Source of the DNA: a virus
Lineage: Duplodnaviria > Caudoviricetes
Strand: one strand, 5' to 3'
Length of the DNA: 41,370 nt
IMG/VR virus record: IMGVR_UViG_3300036856_000057
Span: 1-41,370 of that record
The notes under the pieces were generated by a model. That model had not been told where the DNA came from. It saw only the letters and a list, made by a program, of their open reading frames with translations, and searched no databases. Below, piece after piece: positions 1 to 7,904 of this stretch (its first letter is position 1; every line of letters begins with the position of its first letter). Made by a program: the position numbers and the translations under genes.

Positions 1-642
1 GTCGGGTTGCGGCACCTTGGTGCCGGCGCCAACCGTCACCGCGTCTTCCTCTTCCTCTTCCTCGGCCGGCTTCGCCACAGGGTCCCCGTGCTGCTCGCGC
101 ACCGCGGCCGCGCGCTCCCGGTTGGCCGGCGTGTTGCCGGTCACCGCGCCGCCGCTGCCCACATTCAAATGCGCGTCGCTGGTTGGCTTCGAGAATGTCA
201 CCGGCGTTTCTCCGGTGAACACTTTCAGCCCATTGCGCGCGCGCACCGCGGCCTGCTGCACGTCGCTGTCGGCGAGCATCTCTTCCGGCGTGTCGGCGTC
301 GCAATCGTCCATCGCGTTGATGAATGCGTTGACGTCGTTAATCGCCGCCTGTACCGTCGCGGCGTTCGGGGATTGGAAAGCCAGCCGGCGCCGCTCGTTG
401 GGATCTGCGGCCGCGGCTTTCTGTCTCTCCATCGCTTCCCGGTCCGCATCGGTGCCGAAGCCGGCGCCGGTGGGCTTGTTGGGATCGTAGCCAGCGCCGG
501 CGCCTTGCTGCCGTGCCGCTTCTTGGTTCTTGGCTATTTCCTCATCGGTCAGTTGCCGCTGGTTGGGGTTGGCACTGTTCGCTGCGTTGGGATCTCCGCT
601 GCCTGGCTGCTGCTGCTGCTCGTGCTGCTGCTGTTCGTCCAT
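1..642 (-). CDS. Hypothetical Q/E/A-rich protein, truncated by the window edge (not in the ORF track)
   Basis: ATG at 642 with GAGGT upstream; frame reads MDEQQQHEQQQQPGSGDPN... and stays open to base 1. Confidence 0.75.
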   Translation of the reverse strand, partial: MDEQQQHEQQQQPGSGDPNAANSANPNQRQLTDEEIAKNQEAARQQGAGAGYDPNKPTGAGFGTDADREAMERQKAAAADPNERRRLAFQSPNAATVQAAINDVNAFINAMDDCDADTPEEMLADSDVQQAAVRARNGLKVFTGETPVTFSKPTSDAHLNVGSGGAVTGNTPANRERAAAVREQHGDPVAKPAEEEEEEDAVTVGAGTKVPQPD

Positions 643-704
643 TGTTCGTCACCTCGCGAGTGTGTGAAGCGCGAGAGCTGCCAGGCCAGCTCCGCGCTCC
701 CACT

Positions 705-1184
705 TTACTGGATGCCGCCCAACAGGTCACGGTGGCTGTTGTAGATCGAAAGCGCCGCGGCCGCGCGTCCCGTCCATGTACTCCACTTGCGCGATACCAG
801 GGTGATGAAGTCCTGGCCTGTCTTCGCGTCGAGCGCGGCGCCGTAGGTTGCCGGATACTCCGGCGCCAGGCGGCGCAACAGCGCAATGCGCGCGTTGTAG
901 CAGTCTGCCCAGCTCGGGAAGATCGGCCAGGCTACGCCCTTCGCGGTGTACCAGTGCGCGTGCGCTCCCTCTTCCTGGGTGTCGCAATAGATGCACTGCG
1001 CGCCGGCCGTCGAGCCGCCCGCCTTCTGGCCGAAAAGATTGTTTCCCTTCACCGCCAGCTCGTCCGTGCCCCATGCCGACTCCAGCGCCGTTTCCGCGGC
1101 CGCGTAGCCTGGCCAGGGATGCTGCGAGGCCAGGCCGGCGGCATACGATCGCTGGAGAAACTCCGCCTGCGCCGCGGTTATCAC
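705..1184 (-). CDS. Endolysin, glucosaminidase/FlgJ (GH73)-like
   Basis: AAETALESAWG...NNLFGQKAG...FPSWADC motifs typical of GH73; GTG start overlaps the upstream TGA (GTGA); lies in the lysis position. Confidence 0.8.
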   Translation of the reverse strand: MITAAQAEFLQRSYAAGLASQHPWPGYAAAETALESAWGTDELAVKGNNLFGQKAGGSTAGAQCIYCDTQEEGAHAHWYTAKGVAWPIFPSWADCYNARIALLRRLAPEYPATYGAALDAKTGQDFITLVSRKWSTWTGRAAAALSIYNSHRDLLGGIQ

Positions 1185-1423
1185 TGCGCCGCCGTTTCGC
1201 TGGCCAGTGTCTTCTGCGCCACTTTCCAGATGGGAATCGCGAACGCTAATACCGCGCCGAGTCCCTGTATCCAATGCGGCATCAGTGCCAGCTCGTGAGT
1301 GACGGCGGTGCGGAAGCCCGCGCTCGCGCTCCAGGTGGTGCCGATGGCGCCGGCGACTGCCACCAGGATGTGCGCCTCTTTCTTCCGGTTGGCAAAAATC
1401 CAGTTCATCGCTTTCTTGAACAT
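1181..1423 (-). CDS. Putative holin (2 hydrophobic segments)
   Basis: 80 aa; HILVAVAGAIGTTW and WIQGLGAVLAFAIPIW segments; GGAGA RBS; directly upstream of the endolysin. Confidence 0.6.
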   Translation of the reverse strand: MFKKAMNWIFANRKKEAHILVAVAGAIGTTWSASAGFRTAVTHELALMPHWIQGLGAVLAFAIPIWKVAQKTLASETAAQ

Positions 1424-1455
1424 AAAAATTCCATCTCCTGTAATGCGGTCGCTCG

Positions 1456-1764
1456 TCACCGGCGGCCCAGCAAGGACTGGACAAATTGCTGCTGCAAGGC
1501 CGCGAGTTCCGCGGCTAAACGTGAATCGGTGCTCTCCTGGACTTTGCGCGGCACCATCTCCTCGCGGATGATCCGGTCCGTGTTCGCCAGGTGCGTATCT
1601 ATCTGCTCGATCTTCTCGGTGTTGCGCTCGATCTGCGCTTTCACGTTGAACTGATAGTTGGCCATGGTCAGCACCAGGCTGCCCATCACCAGCACATCGC
1701 GCAGAGTAATTTTGCCCAGCCGGGCAGAAAGCAACGGCGTCTCGGGTATCTCCACTGTCTCCAT
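1456..1764 (-). CDS. Single-TM plus coiled-coil protein of the lysis cassette (second holin/antiholin-like)
   Basis: VLVMGSLVLTMANY hydrophobic stretch followed by a heptad-like region; GGGAG RBS. Confidence 0.5.
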   Translation of the reverse strand: METVEIPETPLLSARLGKITLRDVLVMGSLVLTMANYQFNVKAQIERNTEKIEQIDTHLANTDRIIREEMVPRKVQESTDSRLAAELAALQQQFVQSLLGRR

Positions 1765-1927
1765 GTGCCGGCTCCCTTCGTCGAGGTCCACGCCAATCGG
1801 GTTTTCTCGACTGTCAGCATGGTGCGCCAGGTGGCGCGGAGCGGCTAGACTTCCGAAGTTGTAACGGAGTGCAGGTTGTAACTTTTACTCGTTCGACAGT
1901 GTTCTTTTTACTTATTCCACCTATGGG

Positions 1928-4552
1928 TCATTCGTTGGTCGCGCCGGGCGAGTCGGCGAGCCACGCGGTTTGCCCCACGGAATAGGTGAAGTGCTGCGCA
2001 TTGCACTTGCTGGCAGTCGCGCCGATGGTCATGAATCCATGCACATTCGACGGCGCGGCGACGGTGAAGCCGCCGGTGCCGTTCTGGCAAAAGGTGAGTG
2101 TCTTCTCCTGCCCGTCCATGCCTGCGGCCAGGGTGAAGCTGGTTATGTTCGCGGTCATGGTGATGATGCTGGCGCGCGTTTTTACGGAGAATGTGGGCGT
2201 CGCGGAAAATGTAACTGTCTCTGCACTCGCCACCACGGCCGTGTCCGGGCACACCTCGTAGGCACCCATGCCCAGCCCGGTAAAGATAGGGTTGACGTTG
2301 GTGCGGAAGTGCAGCCAGCCATGCACATTGCCCAGGTTTACATCTTGGCCGGAGCACATGGATAAGTTCGAGGGGTCGTTGTGCAAGGTGACGTTGGCAT
2401 TGCCGCCCAACACCCAAAAATCTTGATTCCAACTGCCAAAGAATGCGGTGATGGTGACGGGTGAACTGTCGTTTGGGTAAATCGCGTGCAGCCCGTAGAT
2501 GGTCGGCTGGGCTCCGGTGGTGGTGGTGACTTGATCGGTGGATGGCGAAAACAGCGTGCCCGACAGCACACCCAGGCCGTTCACAAACTGCGGCGTGCCG
2601 TCGCGCAGCTCGGAGGTCCCATTCGTCATGTAATCCGCCGTGCCATAGGTGGGACCGAATCCCCCATTCTGCAAAAACTGCACGCCGGAGAGAATGCCGC
2701 CCGGCGGCGTCGCTCCGTTGAAATCGTAAAGCTGCACGCAGTAGGGAATGCCGCCCACAGTGAGTGCGTTCGCTGCTCCGCAAGAGGCGTCGATGATGCC
2801 GCCGTTCACGCTCACCTCGATGTCATTGGTATAGAAGCCCTCTAGCCGCGCGAAATCGACGCGGATGTTCTCGTAACTGTCTCCCGGTCCGCTGCAACAG
2901 GGTTGCGCGATGCCCACCTGGCCTAACTGCGCCCAGATGTGGTCAAAGTGCGCGTCGCCGCCGCCGCCCAGGTAGTCCGTTAAGTGGTGATAGGTCGCCG
3001 CTGTCGGCGCATCAAAAAGCCCATACGTCTCCGTCCAGTCCGACATATTGTCGGCGCCCACTGTCTCGATGTTTCCATGCCAGCCGTCCGCGGTGCTCGA
3101 TGACACAACGTAGTAGTAAGTTCCCGCAGCCAAGGTGCCGCCGCTCGTCGATCCGGTGGGCGTGATGGTGCCTGGCGCCGCGGCCGCGGTCTGCGTGGGG
3201 AAGTTGAACGGACCGCCGGACGTGCCGGCCGCGCCGGTGTCGGTGAAGCTGTTCGTTGCGGTCAGGTAGTACGTGCCTTCGCCGCCGGCCGTGGTGCCGC
3301 GATAAACCACGTATCCCGTCGCGCCGGTCACCGCGCTCCAGCTCAGCGCAACGGAGCTGGTTGTTCCCGTGGTGGTTACATTTGTCTCGGGACTGGGAAG
3401 ACTTTCCCCTACGCCCTTATAGCCGCCGAAGTAATACCATTCGTTGTCGCTGTACAGCGTGTTGTGGAAGGATTTCGCGTCGGCGTTGTCGGTGCGGATG
3501 CCGTAGCCTCCGAAGTATTCCGCATACGTCCACTCCACCAGCCCGCCGGATGACGACATCTGAAGCCCCTGGTTGCCCGGTCCGCCGTCGCCATAGCTGG
3601 CGTTGTCGCCCGGCGCGTTGGAGCATCCGCCGGTGGCGCAGCCTTGTAGCAGAAAGTGCGACACGCGCGTCTGCCCGCCGCTCAGCGTCACCGCGTTGCC
3701 GGAGCAAGTCACCGTCATCGTCGGCGGCGCGTTCATGATTTGTTTGTTGTTGTAGCGCGAAACCAGGTGTGTGCCGCCCTGCGCATTGGCCACGCCCTCG
3801 GACCACGAGCCCGGCGGCAGGACCAATTGGTCAATCTGGAAGGTGCCTTGCGGCCATTGCGCCTTGGCCTGGGAGACGGTGCCGGCGTAGAGGTCGCAGG
3901 CCATCTGGTTGTACATCGCCTGCGCGGCCGCTTCCGGCGTCGCGCCATGGATGCCGCCCGCCCAGCGCACGTCTCGCGGGTCGTAGATGCCGGCGTTGAG
4001 GTCATCCTGCCAGGCCGCCGTGCCCGTGGCACCGTTCACCGTGATGCCCTTCTCCGGCATCCCCACAGCGCCGCCGGAGCCGTTGCCCGCGATCACCTGG
4101 GTTTGGCTGGGAAAGGTGCCGCCGCCGCCCGTGCCCGGCGGAACAGGCGCGGCCGCGAAAACCGATGTCAAATCGAGCGTAGATCCGCTGCAATTGCTGT
4201 TGTGTATGCAGGTCACCGGCATGGTCACCAGGTAACAGGTCGGCGCCACCAGATAGGTGCCTTGCGAACACATCCTGAGCTGCCACTGCGAGCCCGCCGG
4301 AAACAAGCTGCTGTTATCGGCGATCTGGAAATTCCACGCGCCGGAGGCGTTCAGGTTCGCGGCGAAGATGATAGGAAAGCGTTGCCCGCTGTAGCTGTTC
4401 GCCGAAGTGTTTGCCGGCGGCGCAAAGTTCGCCGTCATGGTGCCGTTGGGATAATTCGTATTCCCGCCGGTGACGGTCACGAATGAGGCCGTCTGCGCCA
4501 GCGCGAGCTGCGGCAGCAAGCAAAGCAACAGCACAAGAAAGCGCGTTCGCAT
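1928..4552 (-). CDS. Tailspike/fibre-like protein 1 with N-terminal signal peptide (874 aa)
   Basis: Starts MRTRFLVLLLCLLPQLALA/QTAS (TAATG overlap with upstream stop); shared 4-Cys domain; G/T/N-rich, beta-helix-like body; FN3-like insert. Confidence 0.7.
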   Translation of the reverse strand: MRTRFLVLLLCLLPQLALAQTASFVTVTGGNTNYPNGTMTANFAPPANTSANSYSGQRFPIIFAANLNASGAWNFQIADNSSLFPAGSQWQLRMCSQGTYLVAPTCYLVTMPVTCIHNSNCSGSTLDLTSVFAAAPVPPGTGGGGTFPSQTQVIAGNGSGGAVGMPEKGITVNGATGTAAWQDDLNAGIYDPRDVRWAGGIHGATPEAAAQAMYNQMACDLYAGTVSQAKAQWPQGTFQIDQLVLPPGSWSEGVANAQGGTHLVSRYNNKQIMNAPPTMTVTCSGNAVTLSGGQTRVSHFLLQGCATGGCSNAPGDNASYGDGGPGNQGLQMSSSGGLVEWTYAEYFGGYGIRTDNADAKSFHNTLYSDNEWYYFGGYKGVGESLPSPETNVTTTGTTSSVALSWSAVTGATGYVVYRGTTAGGEGTYYLTATNSFTDTGAAGTSGGPFNFPTQTAAAAPGTITPTGSTSGGTLAAGTYYYVVSSSTADGWHGNIETVGADNMSDWTETYGLFDAPTAATYHHLTDYLGGGGDAHFDHIWAQLGQVGIAQPCCSGPGDSYENIRVDFARLEGFYTNDIEVSVNGGIIDASCGAANALTVGGIPYCVQLYDFNGATPPGGILSGVQFLQNGGFGPTYGTADYMTNGTSELRDGTPQFVNGLGVLSGTLFSPSTDQVTTTTGAQPTIYGLHAIYPNDSSPVTITAFFGSWNQDFWVLGGNANVTLHNDPSNLSMCSGQDVNLGNVHGWLHFRTNVNPIFTGLGMGAYEVCPDTAVVASAETVTFSATPTFSVKTRASIITMTANITSFTLAAGMDGQEKTLTFCQNGTGGFTVAAPSNVHGFMTIGATASKCNAQHFTYSVGQTAWLADSPGATNE

Positions 4553-5601
4553 TAGTCGGTAACCCAAGCCGTTCCGTTGCAGAGCACATGCGTGACCGTA
4601 GAGCCGCCGCTGGTGTAGGTCGCCAGATAAACCGGCGGCGCCCCGGTCGCGTCGCTTACTACAGCGGTGGTTCCCTTCAGGCCGGTGACACACGATGGAA
4701 GCGCGGTTCCCGCCGCACTGTAGACAACGCCGGCCTGTACGTTGGCCGCCTTCATGCTTCCCAGACAGTTACCGGCAGTGGTGGTATCGGCGCAGACGAT
4801 TCCGGCGGCGCTTCTGCTGAATCCGGTGTCATTGCCCGTGGAGGATGGCCCGCCCGAGTTCCAACGGAGATTCAGGGTGCTCCTCAGATACGCATTACTG
4901 GAAGCAAGGATGATCTGATCGAAGCCGCCCGAGGCCCAGGCCGCCTGCCCAACCGCTGGATAGTGCCAGCCAGACGTTGCATCCACCGTGCTGGTCAGAG
5001 ACGGCGAGCCCGCGCTTCCTGCCGTGCTTGACGATAGGATGGGCGATGAAAACCCCGCGGTTCCCGCGTAGCTGCCAGCCGTGCCGGTATCCGCAAACAG
5101 CGAATCCACAATCGAGTTAGGACCGTTCGCCTTGGATAGCCGATTCGTGGTGAGCGCGGTGGACGTGGTATTTCCGGTGCCGGTCGGCGGCGCCGGCGCG
5201 CTGCTAAAGCTCGATGACAAATCCAGCGTCGTGCCGCTGCAGCTCCCGTTATTCACGCACGTCACCGCGGTGGTCACGGTGTAACAGGTCGCCGCTCCAA
5301 AGGTCGCCGCGGAGCAAAGTTGCAAGCGCCACTGCGAGCTGGCCGGCAGCACCGTGGAAGTATCCGCGAGCGACATTGACCATACGCCGGAGCTGTTGAG
5401 ATAGCCGGTCACCGTGAACGGAAAGCGATACTTGAAATAATCAAACTGCGAGCTGTTGGCCGGCGGCAGAAAGTTCGCCGTCAAGGTGCCGTTGGGGTAG
5501 CTCGCATTGGTGCCGATCATGGTGACGAAAGACGCGGTTTGCGCGAGCGCCGGCAGAGTGAAGCAGAGTCCGAAGAGAATAAAAAATATTCTTTTGCGCA
5601 T
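4552..5601 (-). CDS. Fibre-like protein 2 with N-terminal signal peptide (349 aa)
   Basis: AGGAG RBS; MRKRIFFILFGLCFTLPALA/QTAS; N-terminal domain paralogous to both neighbours; fibre-tip-like C-terminus (VLCNGTAW). Confidence 0.7.
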   Translation of the reverse strand: MRKRIFFILFGLCFTLPALAQTASFVTMIGTNASYPNGTLTANFLPPANSSQFDYFKYRFPFTVTGYLNSSGVWSMSLADTSTVLPASSQWRLQLCSAATFGAATCYTVTTAVTCVNNGSCSGTTLDLSSSFSSAPAPPTGTGNTTSTALTTNRLSKANGPNSIVDSLFADTGTAGSYAGTAGFSSPILSSSTAGSAGSPSLTSTVDATSGWHYPAVGQAAWASGGFDQIILASSNAYLRSTLNLRWNSGGPSSTGNDTGFSRSAAGIVCADTTTAGNCLGSMKAANVQAGVVYSAAGTALPSCVTGLKGTTAVVSDATGAPPVYLATYTSGGSTVTHVLCNGTAWVTD

Positions 5602-5612
5602 GAGTGCGTCTC

Positions 5613-7904
5613 CTAGTTGGGGTTGCCGGCGCAGAGATAGTTCATGTTCGCCGTGTCCGTGTTGACCGATGAAGACGGGGTGACCGCGGCCGTGGTCGCG
5701 GAGCACTTCACGATTCCGGTCAGCGTCCCCGATCCATTCCACGAGCAGGTACACGTCGGCACGGAGTTAAAGGGCGTCGTGAAATTGGTGGCCGGGCAGG
5801 TGCCGGCGGCCATGGTGCAGGTGCCCGCAAAGTTGCCCGATGCGGACTGAAAAAGCCCCTTGGTTTTCACCGTGTTGAACGACATATTGAACAGCATCCC
5901 CAGGGACTTCGCGCCAGTGGAGCCGTTGTCATTGAACAAGTCGAGTTCATCGCTGGGGTTCGCGCCGGTGCCGTAAGCCTGCCGCCAAAACCAGGTGGAT
6001 TTGTTGTTCGTGCAGCCCTGGCAGGCGCCCTGGATGATGACATCCGGCGCCACAAAGTTCGCGGAAGTGGGCACGGTTAAATTCGCCACGCCAAACTGAC
6101 AGCGCCCGGTGCCGGGATACGTTGCATTGCCGCACGGCGGAGTCACTAGGTATTGATCGAAGCTCGGGACTCCAGAAGGCGATGTGAACCGCTGCCGGTG
6201 CCAGGTTGCCCCTACTGCCACGTTGCTGCTGTTTATCACGCTCGCGGTGTTCGTCTCATCCGTGGGCGTGATGTTGGCGCCGGAAGATGCCGCGCCGTTG
6301 GGGTTGTTCTGAATCCCTCCCAGGAACTTGGCCGGTCCGGTGACGATAGACGAGTCTAGCGTCGCGCTGTTGCCTCCCGTGCCCAGGTGCAGCCCGCCGC
6401 GGCCGGCAAGCTGAGCGACACCCCATTGCGTGAGATAGGTGGAGTTCGTGGTATCCGGCGTGCCCAGCCAGTTGATAGGCGAGTTCGGCGCGGAGAGTGA
6501 GCCGGCTTGGTAGATCGTGCCGTAGAGGAAGAAATTGCTGGAGCCGCTCTCTGCCTGGATCACAAAGGGTCCGCAGCTCGATCCGTCGCCGCCGTCGTTG
6601 CACACCAGCTTTCCGCCCAGCACTTTGATAAACCCGTGAATGCTGTCGATGCCGGCGAGCTGCACGGTATCAAACTCGGGCGCCACCACATCGGCCGCAA
6701 AGGAGTGATCCTCCAGCCCGAACTGCGGCCAGGTGTTCGGCACTGGTCCGCCCGGACCGTAGCCCCACGGGTGAAAATTGGTGAGGGTGTTATTCGTTCC
6801 AAAGTTCTGGATTCCAGCAATTTTTATGTGATCTACCGTCGTTCCGTATTGCTCGGAATCGTCCACGTTTTGATACATCACCATGCCATAGTTCGGCCGC
6901 GCGGCCGCTCCGCCGGCGCCTGAAATCGTCGCGGTATTGTCGATGAAGAGGCCGGATGAGTTGAGCCCTACCAGGCGCGGGCCGCCGCCGCTTATGCCGA
7001 GGATCACTTCCGCGCCAACAGAGCCGCCGGTGGCGTCGAGCACCGTGACGTTATTGAGATTCAGTAGGCGCTGCTCCTGCACGCTGATCGCCTGGGATGC
7101 GATCTGGTTGGCGTCGATAGTCAGATTGTCAATGGAGGAGGCCTGCGGGCAAGTCACCGTCCCCGCCGGCCGGGAGAACATCGCCGTGTTCGCGGGGAAG
7201 CTCGCCGATGCCTGCACTTTGGCGCCCTGGCTGGCGCCGAAAAGATGCCACTCGCACGCGCCGGCCGCGCCATGCGGCAAAACGATTTGCGAGCTAATCA
7301 CGCAAGTGCTTCCCGGAAAGCCCACCGGGAGCGGCGTCCCGCCGGCGGCGCTGACTGCCCGTTGAATCCCAACCGTGTCGTCATTGGTGCCGTTGCATTT
7401 CGCGCCATAGCTGCGCGGGTCCACCCACATGGGGAATAGCGACGGCGCGCCAGGCACCGGCGCATTGGCAAAGTAAGACGAGATGTCCAGCGTGTTGTTG
7501 ACGCACGCGGAATTGTTGACGCAGGTAATCGTGATGTCTACCGGGTAGCAGGGCTGCGCCGGGTTGCCCGTCCTCGCGCACAGGATGAAGTGCCAGTGGG
7601 AGGGGTTGGGTTGAATGATGGTGTTGTCGGCAATCTGCATGGTGAAAAAGCCGGTGCTCTCCAGGTTGCCGATGGCCGTAGTGGCAAAGACGGAGCCATT
7701 CAGCAGCGGCAGTTGCGGCGCCGTGCTGTCGTTCGCAAAGCTGCCGGTCATCTGTCCGCCGGCGTAGGGCGGAATGGTGCCGATGACGGTGACGTAGCCA
7801 CTCGACTGCGCGCGCACCGCGGGCGGCGCGTGCAAGAAGCTCATCACGGAGAGCACAAAAAACAGCGCGAGTTCCAGATAGAAAAGTGCTTTCAGTTTTG
7901 TCAT
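5613..7904 (-). CDS. Tailspike/depolymerase-like protein 3 (pectate-lyase-3-like beta-helix) with signal peptide
   Basis: VDPRSYGAKCNGTNDDTVGIQRAV...FPG resembles the tailspike beta-helix entry motif; MTKLKALFYLELALFFVLSVMSFLHAPPAVRA/QSS leader. Confidence 0.75.
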   Translation of the reverse strand: MTKLKALFYLELALFFVLSVMSFLHAPPAVRAQSSGYVTVIGTIPPYAGGQMTGSFANDSTAPQLPLLNGSVFATTAIGNLESTGFFTMQIADNTIIQPNPSHWHFILCARTGNPAQPCYPVDITITCVNNSACVNNTLDISSYFANAPVPGAPSLFPMWVDPRSYGAKCNGTNDDTVGIQRAVSAAGGTPLPVGFPGSTCVISSQIVLPHGAAGACEWHLFGASQGAKVQASASFPANTAMFSRPAGTVTCPQASSIDNLTIDANQIASQAISVQEQRLLNLNNVTVLDATGGSVGAEVILGISGGGPRLVGLNSSGLFIDNTATISGAGGAAARPNYGMVMYQNVDDSEQYGTTVDHIKIAGIQNFGTNNTLTNFHPWGYGPGGPVPNTWPQFGLEDHSFAADVVAPEFDTVQLAGIDSIHGFIKVLGGKLVCNDGGDGSSCGPFVIQAESGSSNFFLYGTIYQAGSLSAPNSPINWLGTPDTTNSTYLTQWGVAQLAGRGGLHLGTGGNSATLDSSIVTGPAKFLGGIQNNPNGAASSGANITPTDETNTASVINSSNVAVGATWHRQRFTSPSGVPSFDQYLVTPPCGNATYPGTGRCQFGVANLTVPTSANFVAPDVIIQGACQGCTNNKSTWFWRQAYGTGANPSDELDLFNDNGSTGAKSLGMLFNMSFNTVKTKGLFQSASGNFAGTCTMAAGTCPATNFTTPFNSVPTCTCSWNGSGTLTGIVKCSATTAAVTPSSSVNTDTANMNYLCAGNPN

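Noticed and set aside
595-640. CTG/CAG triplet run, and similarly the GGTCCACCA repeat near 19641-19665
   Set aside because: Encode poly-Gln and Gly-Pro-Gly low-complexity protein segments
4553-5754. Track starts at 4693 and 5754 for the spike genes (also 1484 for the endolysin)
   Set aside because: They overlap upstream genes; RBS and stop-start coupling support 4552, 5601 and 1184, which expose the signal peptides
1928-7904. Diversity-generating retroelement acting on the spike genes
   Set aside because: No RT and no TR/VR pair seen; similarity is limited to diverged N-terminal domains
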